Shown one piece after another: positions 1 through 9,551 of a stretch of 64,000 nt of DNA. The stretch covers positions 5,274 through 69,273 of the forward strand of contig CAISYZ010000089.1 in NCBI GenBank assembly GCA_903889895.1, given 5' to 3'. The DNA is from an uncultured Verrucomicrobia subdivision 3 bacterium (GTDB taxonomy: Bacteria; Verrucomicrobiota; Verrucomicrobiia; Limisphaerales; UBA11358). Position 1 is the first letter of the stretch. Each line of letters opens with the position of its first letter. The notes under the pieces are model-generated. The model saw nothing but the letters and a program-made list of their open reading frames with translations, ran no database searches and was not told where the DNA came from. Position numbers and translations under genes: made by a program.

Positions 1-660
1 TTCATCGATGGCAACCGCGAGCATCAACAGCGCGAACTCTGGCGGCTGGCCGGCGAAGGCTCGGAGATCCGCAACAACGGCATCACCGTGCAGGCGGTGA
101 GTGATTCGGTGGTGGAACATGTCACCTGCGCGCGCAACCGTTCGGGCGGGCTAGTCACGACGCTCGGCGTGGCGCGCCTGACCGTCCGCGATTTGGAGGC
201 GTTCGACAACGAGTTTGACGGACTGGCCTGCTATCTCACGACGGACAGTTTGTTTGCGGATTTGTTTCTGCACAACAATCCCGGCGCCGGCATCTCGCTG
301 GATTTGGCTTTCAACCACAACGTCATCAGCAACGCCGTCCTGACGGCGAACGATCTGGGCATCTTCATGCGCGCGAGCCGGGAGAACCAGTTTCTGAATG
401 TCGCCATCCGCAACAGCCATCATCACGGCGTTTTCATGGCGCATTCCGAAACGCAGACGGCGAGCGGCTGGGGGCCGGAGCCGAAAAGCGAGTGCGTCTA
501 TAATTCCTTCACGAACCTCATTGCCATGAACTGCGGCGGCGCGGCCTTCCGCGTCAACAACACCACCTGCACGCACAATGTTATCATCCGCGCCAAGTTT
601 GAGGGCAACGTGAACGGCGGCCTTTCGCAGGCGCAGCCCAATCTGGTGGCGGTGCAATAA
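1..660 (+). CDS. Right-handed parallel beta-helix repeat protein, C-terminal part (5' end outside the window)
   Basis: The frame is open from nt 1 and stops at 658-660. Periodic N/I/V-rich repeats ('NHNVISNAVLTANDLGIFM', 'VAIRNSHHHGVFM', 'NNTTCTHNVIIRA') are typical of pectate-lyase-fold beta-helix proteins. Confidence 0.5.
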   Translation, partial: FIDGNREHQQRELWRLAGEGSEIRNNGITVQAVSDSVVEHVTCARNRSGGLVTTLGVARLTVRDLEAFDNEFDGLACYLTTDSLFADLFLHNNPGAGISLDLAFNHNVISNAVLTANDLGIFMRASRENQFLNVAIRNSHHHGVFMAHSETQTASGWGPEPKSECVYNSFTNLIAMNCGGAAFRVNNTTCTHNVIIRAKFEGNVNGGLSQAQPNLVAVQ

Positions 661-767
661 ATCTTCTTTCCGCTCCGCCAAAGGTTTGTCGCCGGTTTTC
701 TCAATTTGAGATTGGATTTCGCGCGAACATCCGTATTGTTTGCGTAAGAAATTTTCCGAATAATTTT

Positions 768-1781
768 ATGGCCAAGAAAAAATCAAATAAACCCGCTCCG
801 CTTACCGGTGGACCCGTTTCGCGTTTCATCCAGCATCACTATCGCCATTTCAACGCTGCGTCGCTCGTAGACGCCGCAAAAGGCTACGTCGCGCACCTCA
901 AAGGCGGCGGCAAGATGATGATCACGCTTGGCGGTGCGATGAGCACGGCGGAACTCGGCCTTTCGCTCGCCGAAATGATCCGGCAGGACAAAGTGCATTT
1001 GATTACTTGCACCGGCGCGAATCTGGAAGAAGACGTTTTCAACCTCGTCGCGCATGATTATTACGAACGCGTGCCCGGTTACCGCTCGCTAACGGCGGAA
1101 GACGAGCAGGCATTGCTGAACCGCCACATGAACCGCGTGACTGACACGTGCATTCCTGAAGGTGAAGCCATGCGCCGCATGGAAAAAGCCATGCTCGAAG
1201 TCTGGACCGACGCCGACAAAAAGGGGGAACGCTATTTCCCGCATGAATTTTTCTACAAAGTGTTGCTCTCCGGCAAATACGAAAAATATTACCAGATTGA
1301 CCCGAAACATTCCTGGATGCTCGCCGCCGCGCAGAAAAATCTGCCCATCGTCGTGCCCGGCTGGGAAGACGCCACGCTCGGCAACATGTATGCGGCAGCG
1401 GTCATCCGTGGCGAAATCAAAAACGTCCACACCGTCCGCACCGGCATTGAGTATATGACGTGGCTCGCCGAGCATTACACCAAGACCGCCACCAAGAAGA
1501 GCACGCTCGGCATGTTCCAGATCGGCGGCGGCATTTCGGGCGACTTTCCGATTTGTGTCGTGCCGATGCTGCATCAAGATTTGCTGCGCACGAACGTTCC
1601 GCTCTGGGGCTACTTCTGCCAGATCAGCGATTCCACCACGAGCTACGGCAGCTATTCCGGCGCGGTGCCGAACGAAAAAATCACTTGGGGCAAACTCGGC
1701 GTGAAGACGCCTAAGTTCATCATCGAATCGGACGCGACAATTGTTGCGCCGCTGATTTTTGCGCACGTTCTCGGCTGGTAA
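768..1781 (+). CDS. Deoxyhypusine synthase family protein (DHS / homospermidine-synthase-like)
   Basis: 337 aa. 'ITLGGAMSTAELG', 'LITCTGANLEEDVFNLVAH' and 'MFQIGGGISGDFPICVVP' match the DHS-fold NAD-binding signature. Confidence 0.75.
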   Translation: MAKKKSNKPAPLTGGPVSRFIQHHYRHFNAASLVDAAKGYVAHLKGGGKMMITLGGAMSTAELGLSLAEMIRQDKVHLITCTGANLEEDVFNLVAHDYYERVPGYRSLTAEDEQALLNRHMNRVTDTCIPEGEAMRRMEKAMLEVWTDADKKGERYFPHEFFYKVLLSGKYEKYYQIDPKHSWMLAAAQKNLPIVVPGWEDATLGNMYAAAVIRGEIKNVHTVRTGIEYMTWLAEHYTKTATKKSTLGMFQIGGGISGDFPICVVPMLHQDLLRTNVPLWGYFCQISDSTTSYGSYSGAVPNEKITWGKLGVKTPKFIIESDATIVAPLIFAHVLGW

Positions 1782-1786
1782 TTTTT

Positions 1787-2794
1787 ATGAAGCCCAATGA
1801 TTTTTCCGACGCGCGCGTCCTCGTCACCGGCGGCGCGGGCTTCATTGGCAGCGCGCTCGTCTGGGCGCTGAACCGGCGCGGCTGCGACAACATCGTCGTC
1901 TGCGACATTCTCGGCACGAACGAAAAATGGCGCAATCTCACGCCGCTGCGCTTTGCTGATTACGTCGAGGCAGCGGATTTACAAACGCGTTTACAAAACG
2001 GCGCGCTGGGGAAATTCGATTTGGTGCTGCATATGGGTGCTTGCTCCGCGACGACGGAAAAAGACGCGACGTATCTGGCCAAGAATAATTACGAGTTCAC
2101 CAAAGACCTTGCGCATTGGTCTTTGGAAAACAAAGCGCGATTTGTTTATGCGTCGTCCGCCGCGACTTATGGCGACGGCTCGGCGGGCATGGAAGACAAC
2201 GAGGCCGCGCTCGACACGTTACGGCCACTCAACATGTATGGCTACTCGAAACACCTCTTCGATTTGCATGCCAAGCGGGCTGGTTTTCTGAACAAGATTT
2301 GCGGTCTGAAATTCTTCAACGTCTTCGGCCCGAACGAGGATCACAAGGGCGACATGCGCTCGCTCGTCCACAAAAGTTTCGCGCAGGTGCAGGAAAAGGG
2401 CGTCATCCAATTGTTCAAGAGCTATCGCAAGGATTACAAGGACGGCGAACAGAAGCGCGATTTTCTTTACGTCAAGGACGCGGTCGCGATGACGTTGCAT
2501 CTCGCCGCGACGCCGCGCGCGAACGGCCTGTTCAACATCGGCAGCGGTGGCGCGCGCTCGTGGATTGATCTGGCGAATGCAGTTTTCACCGCGACGAAAA
2601 AGAAACCCGTCATCAAGTTCATCGAGATGCCGGAAGTGATTCGCGACAAGTATCAGTATTTCACGCAGGCGAACCTGCTGCGCCTGCGCGGCACGGGTTA
2701 CGCCGCGCCCGTCACGTCGCTCGAAAACGCCGTGTTCGACTACGTCCGCAAATATCTCATCCTCGACAAGCGGCTGGATCCGGCGGTGGAATAA
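1787..2794 (+). CDS. hldD: ADP-L-glycero-D-manno-heptose 6-epimerase
   Basis: 335 aa. The sequence is colinear with HldD: 'VTGGAGFIGSALV', 'MGACSATTEKD', 'ASSAATYGDG', 'LNMYGYSKHLFD', 'FFNVFGPNEDHKGDMRS', 'KRDFLYVKD', 'YQYFTQANL'. Confidence 0.85.
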   Translation: MKPNDFSDARVLVTGGAGFIGSALVWALNRRGCDNIVVCDILGTNEKWRNLTPLRFADYVEAADLQTRLQNGALGKFDLVLHMGACSATTEKDATYLAKNNYEFTKDLAHWSLENKARFVYASSAATYGDGSAGMEDNEAALDTLRPLNMYGYSKHLFDLHAKRAGFLNKICGLKFFNVFGPNEDHKGDMRSLVHKSFAQVQEKGVIQLFKSYRKDYKDGEQKRDFLYVKDAVAMTLHLAATPRANGLFNIGSGGARSWIDLANAVFTATKKKPVIKFIEMPEVIRDKYQYFTQANLLRLRGTGYAAPVTSLENAVFDYVRKYLILDKRLDPAVE

Positions 2795-2814
2795 CATTGG
2801 CGCGCGCACCCCTT

Positions 2815-3900
2815 ATGGCCGCGTCGGCAAATCCGAAATACCTCCGGCAACTAGATGGCTTGCGCGCGCTGTCAGTGGCGGCGGTGGCTTGGAGCCATTG
2901 GCGGCTGTGCTGGACGCTAGATCCGTCAAAGTTTCCCGGCGCAGAATTCGGCGTGGAGACATTTTTTGTCATCAGCGGATTTCTCATCACCGGCATCCTG
3001 CTGGACAACCGTTCGGAATTGTCCCGGCAAACAATCTTAAAGCAATTTTACCTCCGCCGCTTTCTGCGGATTTTTCCGGTTTATTACGCCACCATTTTAA
3101 TCGGGCTTTTGCTGGGCGTCACCGGTCTTCGGGAATCGTGGGGCTGGCACGTCACCTATCTCTCCAACGCCTTCTTTTATCAGCACGGCTGGGTCGGTTC
3201 GTTAAGCCATTTCTGGTCGCTGGCCGTGGAGGAACAATTTTATTTTTTCTGGCCGCTGCTGATGCTGTTTTTGCCCGCCCGCTCGCTGCGCCCGGCGATT
3301 TTGACGGCAATGCTGTTGGCGCCATTCTATGCGATGGCGATGAACGCTTCCATTCGCGGTAACCCGACCGCGAGCGTCCTAATGCCCAGTTGCATGAGCG
3401 CCCTGGGAATGGGCGCGCTCATCGCGTGGTCGGCGCGAAACGGCGTCGCCATGCGACCGTTCAAGCAATGGCTGCTGTGCCTCGGCCTGGCCGGCGTGGC
3501 GGTCTGGCGCGGCTGCGGTTGCCTCGCAACTTTCAACCCGCTCAACCGCCTCGCGGAGGATTGTGTCTTGGGCTGGCTGGTGTTTTCCGCCGCCGAAGGT
3601 TTTGGCGGGGTGACCGGGGCGCTGCTGGCGTGGTCGCCGATGAATTATCTCGGAAAAATCAGCTATGGGCTTTACATCTTTCACAACTTCGCCGCGCCCG
3701 CCTGGCAAGCGGTGATGGACGGGCTGGGCAACCCGGCGTGGCTCGCCAAAATCTACAATGTTCCGGCTGGCCGGGTGGCGATGTTTATCATCGGCACCAT
3801 CGGCGTGGCTTCGCTGTCCTGGTTCTGCTTTGAAAAACCCATCAATAATCTGAAGCGAAAATTCCCTTATCCGGACTGCTGCCAATCAACTTCACCGTAA
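2815..3900 (+). CDS. Acyltransferase family 3 membrane protein (O-acyltransferase)
   Basis: 'LDGLRALSVAAVAWSH' and 'FFVISGFLITGILL' are present, and the protein is polytopic and hydrophobic. I chose the ATG at 2815; an upstream TTG at 2797 is also possible. Confidence 0.75.
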   Translation: MAASANPKYLRQLDGLRALSVAAVAWSHWRLCWTLDPSKFPGAEFGVETFFVISGFLITGILLDNRSELSRQTILKQFYLRRFLRIFPVYYATILIGLLLGVTGLRESWGWHVTYLSNAFFYQHGWVGSLSHFWSLAVEEQFYFFWPLLMLFLPARSLRPAILTAMLLAPFYAMAMNASIRGNPTASVLMPSCMSALGMGALIAWSARNGVAMRPFKQWLLCLGLAGVAVWRGCGCLATFNPLNRLAEDCVLGWLVFSAAEGFGGVTGALLAWSPMNYLGKISYGLYIFHNFAAPAWQAVMDGLGNPAWLAKIYNVPAGRVAMFIIGTIGVASLSWFCFEKPINNLKRKFPYPDCCQSTSP

Positions 3901-3941
3901 CGTCGCTTGCCGTTTTTGGCGGTTCATCCCATCATCGAAAA

Positions 3942-6617
3942 ATGAACGCGAAATCTTATGTCCGCTTTTCGGCCCTGTTCGCCGCCGCCGTATTTGTGAA
4001 TTCTCCGTTGCGGGCGGATGATTTTGTGACCACCGCCGCGCCGGTCGCGCGCGCGGGCGATGCGCTCATCACGCCGGCCAACCAACTCGTCACGCCCGCC
4101 GGCACCCAGGTGGAACTCGCTGGCATCCGGCCGAACGCGCTGGCGTTGAGTCCGGACGGCCAACTGCTCGTTACCTCCGGCATCGCCCATGAATTGGTGG
4201 TGGTTGACCCATCTACGGGAAATGTTTTGCAGCACGTCCCGCTGCCTTCTGGCAAGATTCTGGAGCCGCAGCCGATTACGTCCGCGATTCTCGGCGCGGA
4301 TGAAAAGGCGCAGTTGAGTTTCACCGGCTTGGCCTTTGCCCCCGACGGCACGCGGCTTTATCTCGCCAACGTCAGCGGCGACGTGAAGGTTTTCGCCATC
4401 GGCTCCAACCACAAGGTTGCGCCGCTGTTCTCCATCGCGCTGCCGCCGGCGAATGCGCCGAGTCGCGTGAACGAAATTCCCGCCGGCCTCGCCGTTTCCG
4501 CCGATGGCAAAAAACTTTACGTCGCGGGCAATCTTTCCAACCGCCTGCTGGAACTTGACGCCGCCAGCGGAAAAGTTTTGCGCACATGGGATGTCGGCGT
4601 CGCGCCGTTCGACGTGGTGCTGGCTGGCCACCAGATTTACGTCAGCAACTGGGGCGGTCGCCGGCCGGACGCGGGTAGCGTGACCGGTCCGGCGGGGCAG
4701 GGCACGCTCGTGCGCGTGGACGCGCGCAGCATTGCCAGCGAAGGTTCGGTGACGGTGATTGATCTGGCGCAAGGCGCGGTTGCGGCGGTGCCGCGCGAAA
4801 TCATCATCGGCCCGCATGCGAGCGCCCTGGCGCTGGCGCCCAACGGCAGGTTTCTCGTCGCCGCCAGTTCGGGCAGCGACATGTTGAGCGTCATTGATAC
4901 GCACAGCGACGAGGTGATTGACACCATCACCACGCGGCAGACGCCGGGCGATCCGTTTGGCGCGCAGCCGGACGCGCTGGCGTTCGATGCCTCGGGAAAA
5001 ATCCTTTTCTGCGCCAACGCCTCGCAGAACGCCGTCGCCGTCTTCAAGTTCGCGCCGCGAGGGACGACGCTGCTGGGCCTAATTCCCACCGGCTGGTTTC
5101 CGGCGGCGCTGGCGTTTGACGCGCGCGGCAAAAGACTGTGCGTCGCCAATTTGAAAAATCTCGCCCCGCGGACCGAGCGGGCCAAGCTGGGCGCGGACGG
5201 CTTCGGTTTCAACACCAAGCAATACACCGGTTCGCTCTCGCTGATTCCCGTGCCCGCGAAGAGCGAGCTGGCGGTGTTCACGCAGCACGCGCTCGCGAAC
5301 CTGCGCTACCCGCTGCTTGCGCAGGCCGCGTTGCCGCCGCGTCCGAACCGCGCGCCGCAGCCGGTGCCCGAGCGCGCCGGCGAGGTGAGCGTGTTCAAGC
5401 ATGTCATTTACATCATCAAGGAAAACCGCACTTACGACCAGGTGCTCGGCGATGTGGCGGAAGGCAATGGCGACGCGGCGCTGTGCAATTTCGGCGAACG
5501 CATCACGCCCAATGAGCACAAGCTCGTCCGTGAATTCGCGCTGCTGGACAACACCTACTGCTGCGGCATCCTCAGCGCGGACGGCCACAACTGGGCGGAC
5601 AGCGGCCTCGCCACGGATTATCTGGAGCGCTCCTTTGCGGGCTGGCCGCGCAGTTATCCCAGCGGCGGCTTCGGGCTGGCGGGTGCGGATGCGCTGGCCT
5701 ATTCGCCCGCCGGGTTCATTTGGGACAACGCGCTCGCACACGGCAAAACCGTCCATGACTTTGGCGAATTTTGCACGACGAGCAAGCGCTGGAAAACCCC
5801 CACCCGCACCGCCAAGATTGGTTTCGCCGAGGCGTGGCGGGATTTCACCAGCGGCGCGAATGAGATTGAATACACCTGCGAACCGGACATCGCGGCGCTG
5901 GGGCCGTTCATAGAAACGAACTGGGTGAGTTGGGACCTCAGCGTGCCGGACGCCGTGCGCGCGGCGAAATTCACCGCGCGGCTGAAGGAATTTGAGAAGA
6001 CCGGCAACCTGCCCGCGCTGACCATTCTTTGGCTGCCCAACGACCACACCGAAGGCACCAAGCCCGGCGCGCCCACGCCCGCCGCCATGCTGGCCGACAA
6101 CGACCGCGCGCTCGGCCAAATTATCGAAGCCGTGAGCCGCAGCCCCTTCTGGAAGGACACCTGCATCTTCGCAATTGAGGACGACCCGCAGAACGGTTGG
6201 GACCACGTCAGCGGCTATCGCACCACGGCCTACGTGGCCAGTGCATACACCCGGCGGCACGCCGTCATCCACACCCAATACAACCAGACCAGCCTGCTGC
6301 GCACCATGGAGCTGGTGCTCGGTCTCCCGCCGATGAACCAGTTTGACGCCACGGCCACGCCGATGTTCGATTGCTTTACCAACCAGCCGGACTTCGCGGC
6401 CTTCAGCGCGGTGACGAACAACGTGCCGCTGGACGAAATAAACTTGGCGCTGAAAAAACTGTTCGGGGCGCAGCGGCAGGACGCCGTGGTTTCCGCCCGG
6501 CTCCCGCTCGACCAGCCCGACCAATGCGACGAGAACGTGCTGAACCGCATTCTCTGGCGCGCGACGATGGGGACGTCGTATCCCGCCTGGGCGGTGAAAG
6601 TGGTGGATGACGACTGA
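3942..6617 (+). CDS. Secreted fusion protein: N-terminal YVTN/YncE-type beta-propeller plus C-terminal phosphoesterase (phospholipase C / AcpA family) domain
   Basis: 891 aa with a signal peptide ('FSALFAAAVFVNSPLRA'). The N-terminal half has repeated 'DG..LYVAN / SDMLSVID' propeller blades. The C-terminal half carries 'HVIYIIKENRTYDQVLGD', 'LDNTYCCG.LSADGHNW' and 'LWLPNDHTEG', characteristic of the phosphoesterase family. Confidence 0.75.
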   Translation: MNAKSYVRFSALFAAAVFVNSPLRADDFVTTAAPVARAGDALITPANQLVTPAGTQVELAGIRPNALALSPDGQLLVTSGIAHELVVVDPSTGNVLQHVPLPSGKILEPQPITSAILGADEKAQLSFTGLAFAPDGTRLYLANVSGDVKVFAIGSNHKVAPLFSIALPPANAPSRVNEIPAGLAVSADGKKLYVAGNLSNRLLELDAASGKVLRTWDVGVAPFDVVLAGHQIYVSNWGGRRPDAGSVTGPAGQGTLVRVDARSIASEGSVTVIDLAQGAVAAVPREIIIGPHASALALAPNGRFLVAASSGSDMLSVIDTHSDEVIDTITTRQTPGDPFGAQPDALAFDASGKILFCANASQNAVAVFKFAPRGTTLLGLIPTGWFPAALAFDARGKRLCVANLKNLAPRTERAKLGADGFGFNTKQYTGSLSLIPVPAKSELAVFTQHALANLRYPLLAQAALPPRPNRAPQPVPERAGEVSVFKHVIYIIKENRTYDQVLGDVAEGNGDAALCNFGERITPNEHKLVREFALLDNTYCCGILSADGHNWADSGLATDYLERSFAGWPRSYPSGGFGLAGADALAYSPAGFIWDNALAHGKTVHDFGEFCTTSKRWKTPTRTAKIGFAEAWRDFTSGANEIEYTCEPDIAALGPFIETNWVSWDLSVPDAVRAAKFTARLKEFEKTGNLPALTILWLPNDHTEGTKPGAPTPAAMLADNDRALGQIIEAVSRSPFWKDTCIFAIEDDPQNGWDHVSGYRTTAYVASAYTRRHAVIHTQYNQTSLLRTMELVLGLPPMNQFDATATPMFDCFTNQPDFAAFSAVTNNVPLDEINLALKKLFGAQRQDAVVSARLPLDQPDQCDENVLNRILWRATMGTSYPAWAVKVVDDD

Positions 6618-6659
6618 AGGCGGATACAGACTTGGCAGCCAATCAGTCTGTTAGGCCAC
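6592..6659 (+). repeat. Partial copy (L1) of the island repeat R, ending in GTTAGGCCAC. It overlaps the last 8 codons and the stop of the phosphoesterase gene.
   Basis: Manual alignment to 36626-36692 gives about 57 of 68 identical positions with one 1-nt indel. It contains the hairpin ACAGACTTGG-CAG-CCAA(TCA)GTCTGT. Confidence 0.7.
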
Positions 6660-7004
6660 TTGGCTATCTCACTAATTTGTGCCATGAATCACATCGGCCA
6701 CTACTTGGTTTGTGCTAGCAGGCTGCTTAATAATCAATCGCAACTTGCGCTCTTTTTCGGTGTCGGCATGAACGGCATACCAGCGGTAATATTTCGAAAT
6801 GGGTTATCAAGTTGGTGGATTTTCGCGAGCTACCCACCCTCGGTCACACGCATAGGGCAAGGCAGAAAATTTCGGTGAATTGAGGACAAGGATGGTGCGT
6901 TTAAGGGCGTTATTTTGCGCAAAGCCCTCTCTGCACAGGAAATTAAACTTTGGCAATTAGTTGCGCCTCTGCCACTCTTTTGCGCGATTTCATAATTTCC
7001 ACGC

Positions 7005-8048
7005 ATGAGCAAAAAAATATTCATTGGCACGGACAGCGGCGCGACCACCACCAAGCTTTGTGCCGTCTGGGAAACCGGCGAGCCCGTTTCAAACAAGGTG
7101 CTGCAACGTTCCACCGGATCGGAAAACGGTCGCGAAGCGGTCATCCACTCGTGGATCACCGGGGTCAGTGACTTTCTTACACAAAATAATCTGCAATGGT
7201 CGCACGTTGCTGGCGTTGGCCTCGCGATTCCTGGCCCGTATGAACGCTACGGCGTTTGGAGCAACACGCCTAATTTACCGAAGAGCTTCGCGGGTTGGGA
7301 CGTTTTCACCGACTACAAAACCGCCCTCGCCCAACAGGCCGGGCGCGAACTGCCGCTCGTGTGTGGCAACGACGGCAATTACGGCGGCGTGGCCGAAGCC
7401 CGTCTTGCTCGTGGCAATGCGAAGATCAGCGTCCTGATGCTCATGCCCGGCTCTGGCCTTGGCGCGGCGTTTGTCGGCGCAGATGGCCTTTGCCTCGATG
7501 GCGACACGCTCGCCGGGATGGAGGCCGGCCACATGCCCGTGCCGCTGCAATTGCTCGGCCTGACCGGCAAGCCTTTCACCTGCGGCTGTGGCCGCGACTG
7601 GGGCTGTGTCGAGGCTTACACAACCATTTCCGGCCTGCCGCAATTGCTGGTCGAACGAATAAAAAATTTCCCAGATCACGAACTGGCTAGGTCCACCGCG
7701 CCCACGAAAGAAAAAGTGCTTTCCCTGCGCACTCGCGCGCAAAAAGGCGACGCACTGGCCCTCGACATCTTTGATTTTCAGGCGCGCGTCATGGGTATCC
7801 ATGTCGCCAATCTTGCCATGGCGCTCGATCCGGCCATCGTCGTCATTGGTGGCGGCCTCATGGATCACGAGGCAACCACGCCTGAATTCCGTGTTCGTTA
7901 CATGAACGCCATCCGCGCGGCCGCGCGGCCCTATTTGTGGGCACCGCAAAAAGACACCATTAAAATTGTGCCCGCCGCACTCGGTGAACTTTCGCAGGCC
8001 ATTGGTGCGGCACTCATGGCCATGTATCAAAGCCAGGACAAGCATTGA
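7005..8048 (+). CDS. ROK family sugar kinase
   Basis: 347 aa. It has an N-terminal 'IGTDSGATTTK' ATPase motif and the ROK zinc motif 'CGCGRDWGCVEAY'. Confidence 0.75.
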   Translation: MSKKIFIGTDSGATTTKLCAVWETGEPVSNKVLQRSTGSENGREAVIHSWITGVSDFLTQNNLQWSHVAGVGLAIPGPYERYGVWSNTPNLPKSFAGWDVFTDYKTALAQQAGRELPLVCGNDGNYGGVAEARLARGNAKISVLMLMPGSGLGAAFVGADGLCLDGDTLAGMEAGHMPVPLQLLGLTGKPFTCGCGRDWGCVEAYTTISGLPQLLVERIKNFPDHELARSTAPTKEKVLSLRTRAQKGDALALDIFDFQARVMGIHVANLAMALDPAIVVIGGGLMDHEATTPEFRVRYMNAIRAAARPYLWAPQKDTIKIVPAALGELSQAIGAALMAMYQSQDKH

Positions 8049-8083
8049 CTGGCAACTTGATAATTTGATTTCCAATGGAAGCG

Positions 8084-8115
8084 AAAATGCCGCCGGAGCA
8101 ATCCGGCGGCATTTT
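8084..8115. terminator. Bidirectional rho-independent terminator between the convergent ROK and argJ genes
   Basis: AAAATGCCGCCGGA-gcaa-TCCGGCGGCATTTT forms a perfect stem flanked by an A-run and a T-run. Confidence 0.7.
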
Positions 8116-8142
8116 GCGATGACCAACACGGTTGCGAATCAA

Positions 8143-9477
8143 TCAACCACCCAGCGAACTCGCGTCCGTCACGTCGCCCTTGTTGAAGTCCACATATTCT
8201 TCCGTCAAATCGGCGGCATACATCACCGCGCTCGCCTTGCCGAGGTTCAGCTGGATGTGCAGCTCAAATTCCTTCGGCTCAACAGCGGTGCAAAGCTGCT
8301 TGAATGTCGCCTTCGTCGGTTGGCCACGTTTGAGGCTCCAGAGAATTTTGTTCGACCTTGGCGCGGAATAACCAATGTCAATTTTCTCTTCCACCACCGT
8401 CGCCTGCGAATAGCCGATGGCGTCAATGATGCGACCCCAATTCGGGTCGCCGCCGTGCCAGCTTGTTTTCACGAGCGCGCTGTTCGCCACGGCGCGCGCG
8501 GCAGCATCGGCATCCTGAATTGTTTTCGCGCCATTCACGCGCACGGTTACGACGCGGTGAACCCCTTCGCCATCGCGGACAATTTTTTTGGCCAGTTCGA
8601 GGCAAACATGACTGAGCGCGGCTTGAAAATTTTTAAATTCAGGATTTTTTTGGGTAAGTGGTTTATTGCCGGCCAGTCCATTTGCCAAAACCAACACCGT
8701 GTCATTCGTGCTCATATCGCCGTCCACAGTGATGCGATTGAAGCTTTGCGCCACGGCTTCCTGCAAGGCCGACTGCAAAACTTTTTTCTCCACCGCCGCG
8801 TCTGTCGTGATGAAGCCAAGCATCGTCGCATGCAGTCCGCCGTGCGGCAGCGCCGCTGGCCGCGCACCGGTCGCGCTCATGCCAGGCTGAATCATGCCCG
8901 CGCCTTTGCAAATGCCGCCGATGCGCACCGTCTTTCCGCCGAGCTTGAATTCAACCGCGATTTGTTTCGGCTTGGTGTCGCTGGTCATGATGGCTTCCGT
9001 CGCACTGTCTGCGTGCGCGGCGGAGGTGCCAAGCTCCATTGCGGCTTCGAGAATGCCGGCGCGGATATTGTCCATCGGCATCGTCACACCAATGCGTCCG
9101 GTCGAGCCGACCAGCGCGCGGCCGGCAGAAAGTGCCAAAGTTTTTTCCGTGAACGCCACCATCGCGCGCGCATCGGCCATGCCCTGTTTGCCGGTGCAGG
9201 CATTCGCGTTGCCGGAATTCACGACGACGACTTGTGCCTTGCCCTTTTTAGCGCGCTCGACGCAAACTTTCACCGGCGCGGCGCAAACTTGATTCGTCGT
9301 GAACATGCCGGCGACCGTCGCCGGCGTTTCGGAGACAATGAGCGCGAGGTCGCGCTTCTGGCCTTTGTTCGAGCCTTTGCCGGTGCCGAGCTTTTTGATG
9401 TCGCAAAACACGCCGCTGGCCAGGAAACCGATGGGCGCTACAATAGAGCCGGGAATTTCTTTGAACTGATTTTTCAT
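8143..9477 (-). CDS. argJ: Bifunctional glutamate N-acetyltransferase / amino-acid acetyltransferase
   Basis: 444 aa. It carries the autoproteolytic site context 'HATMLGFITTDA' and shows overall ArgJ colinearity. Confidence 0.9.
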   Translation of the reverse strand: MKNQFKEIPGSIVAPIGFLASGVFCDIKKLGTGKGSNKGQKRDLALIVSETPATVAGMFTTNQVCAAPVKVCVERAKKGKAQVVVVNSGNANACTGKQGMADARAMVAFTEKTLALSAGRALVGSTGRIGVTMPMDNIRAGILEAAMELGTSAAHADSATEAIMTSDTKPKQIAVEFKLGGKTVRIGGICKGAGMIQPGMSATGARPAALPHGGLHATMLGFITTDAAVEKKVLQSALQEAVAQSFNRITVDGDMSTNDTVLVLANGLAGNKPLTQKNPEFKNFQAALSHVCLELAKKIVRDGEGVHRVVTVRVNGAKTIQDADAAARAVANSALVKTSWHGGDPNWGRIIDAIGYSQATVVEEKIDIGYSAPRSNKILWSLKRGQPTKATFKQLCTAVEPKEFELHIQLNLGKASAVMYAADLTEEYVDFNKGDVTDASSLGG

Positions 9478-9551
9478 TTTCTAAATTAATTGAAGCCGGA
9501 AAAGACACGAATTGCACGAATTTTCACCAAGGGAATACTATTAATTCGCGC

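Noticed and set aside
6592-6659. The conserved repeat as protein-coding. In both loci the plus frame reads '...PISLLGH' into a downstream ORF.
   Set aside because: Differences between the copies fall on codon positions 1 and 2 as often as on position 3, and one copy has a stop codon in that frame. The conservation is therefore at the nucleotide or structural level.
6660-6878. A 72-aa plus-strand ORF, plus a stop-interrupted minus-strand frame, in the AT-rich segment after the phosphoesterase gene.
   Set aside because: There is no recognisable family, the ORF is short, and it has a non-ATG start. It is retained only as a possible decayed cassette in the findings, not as a feature.
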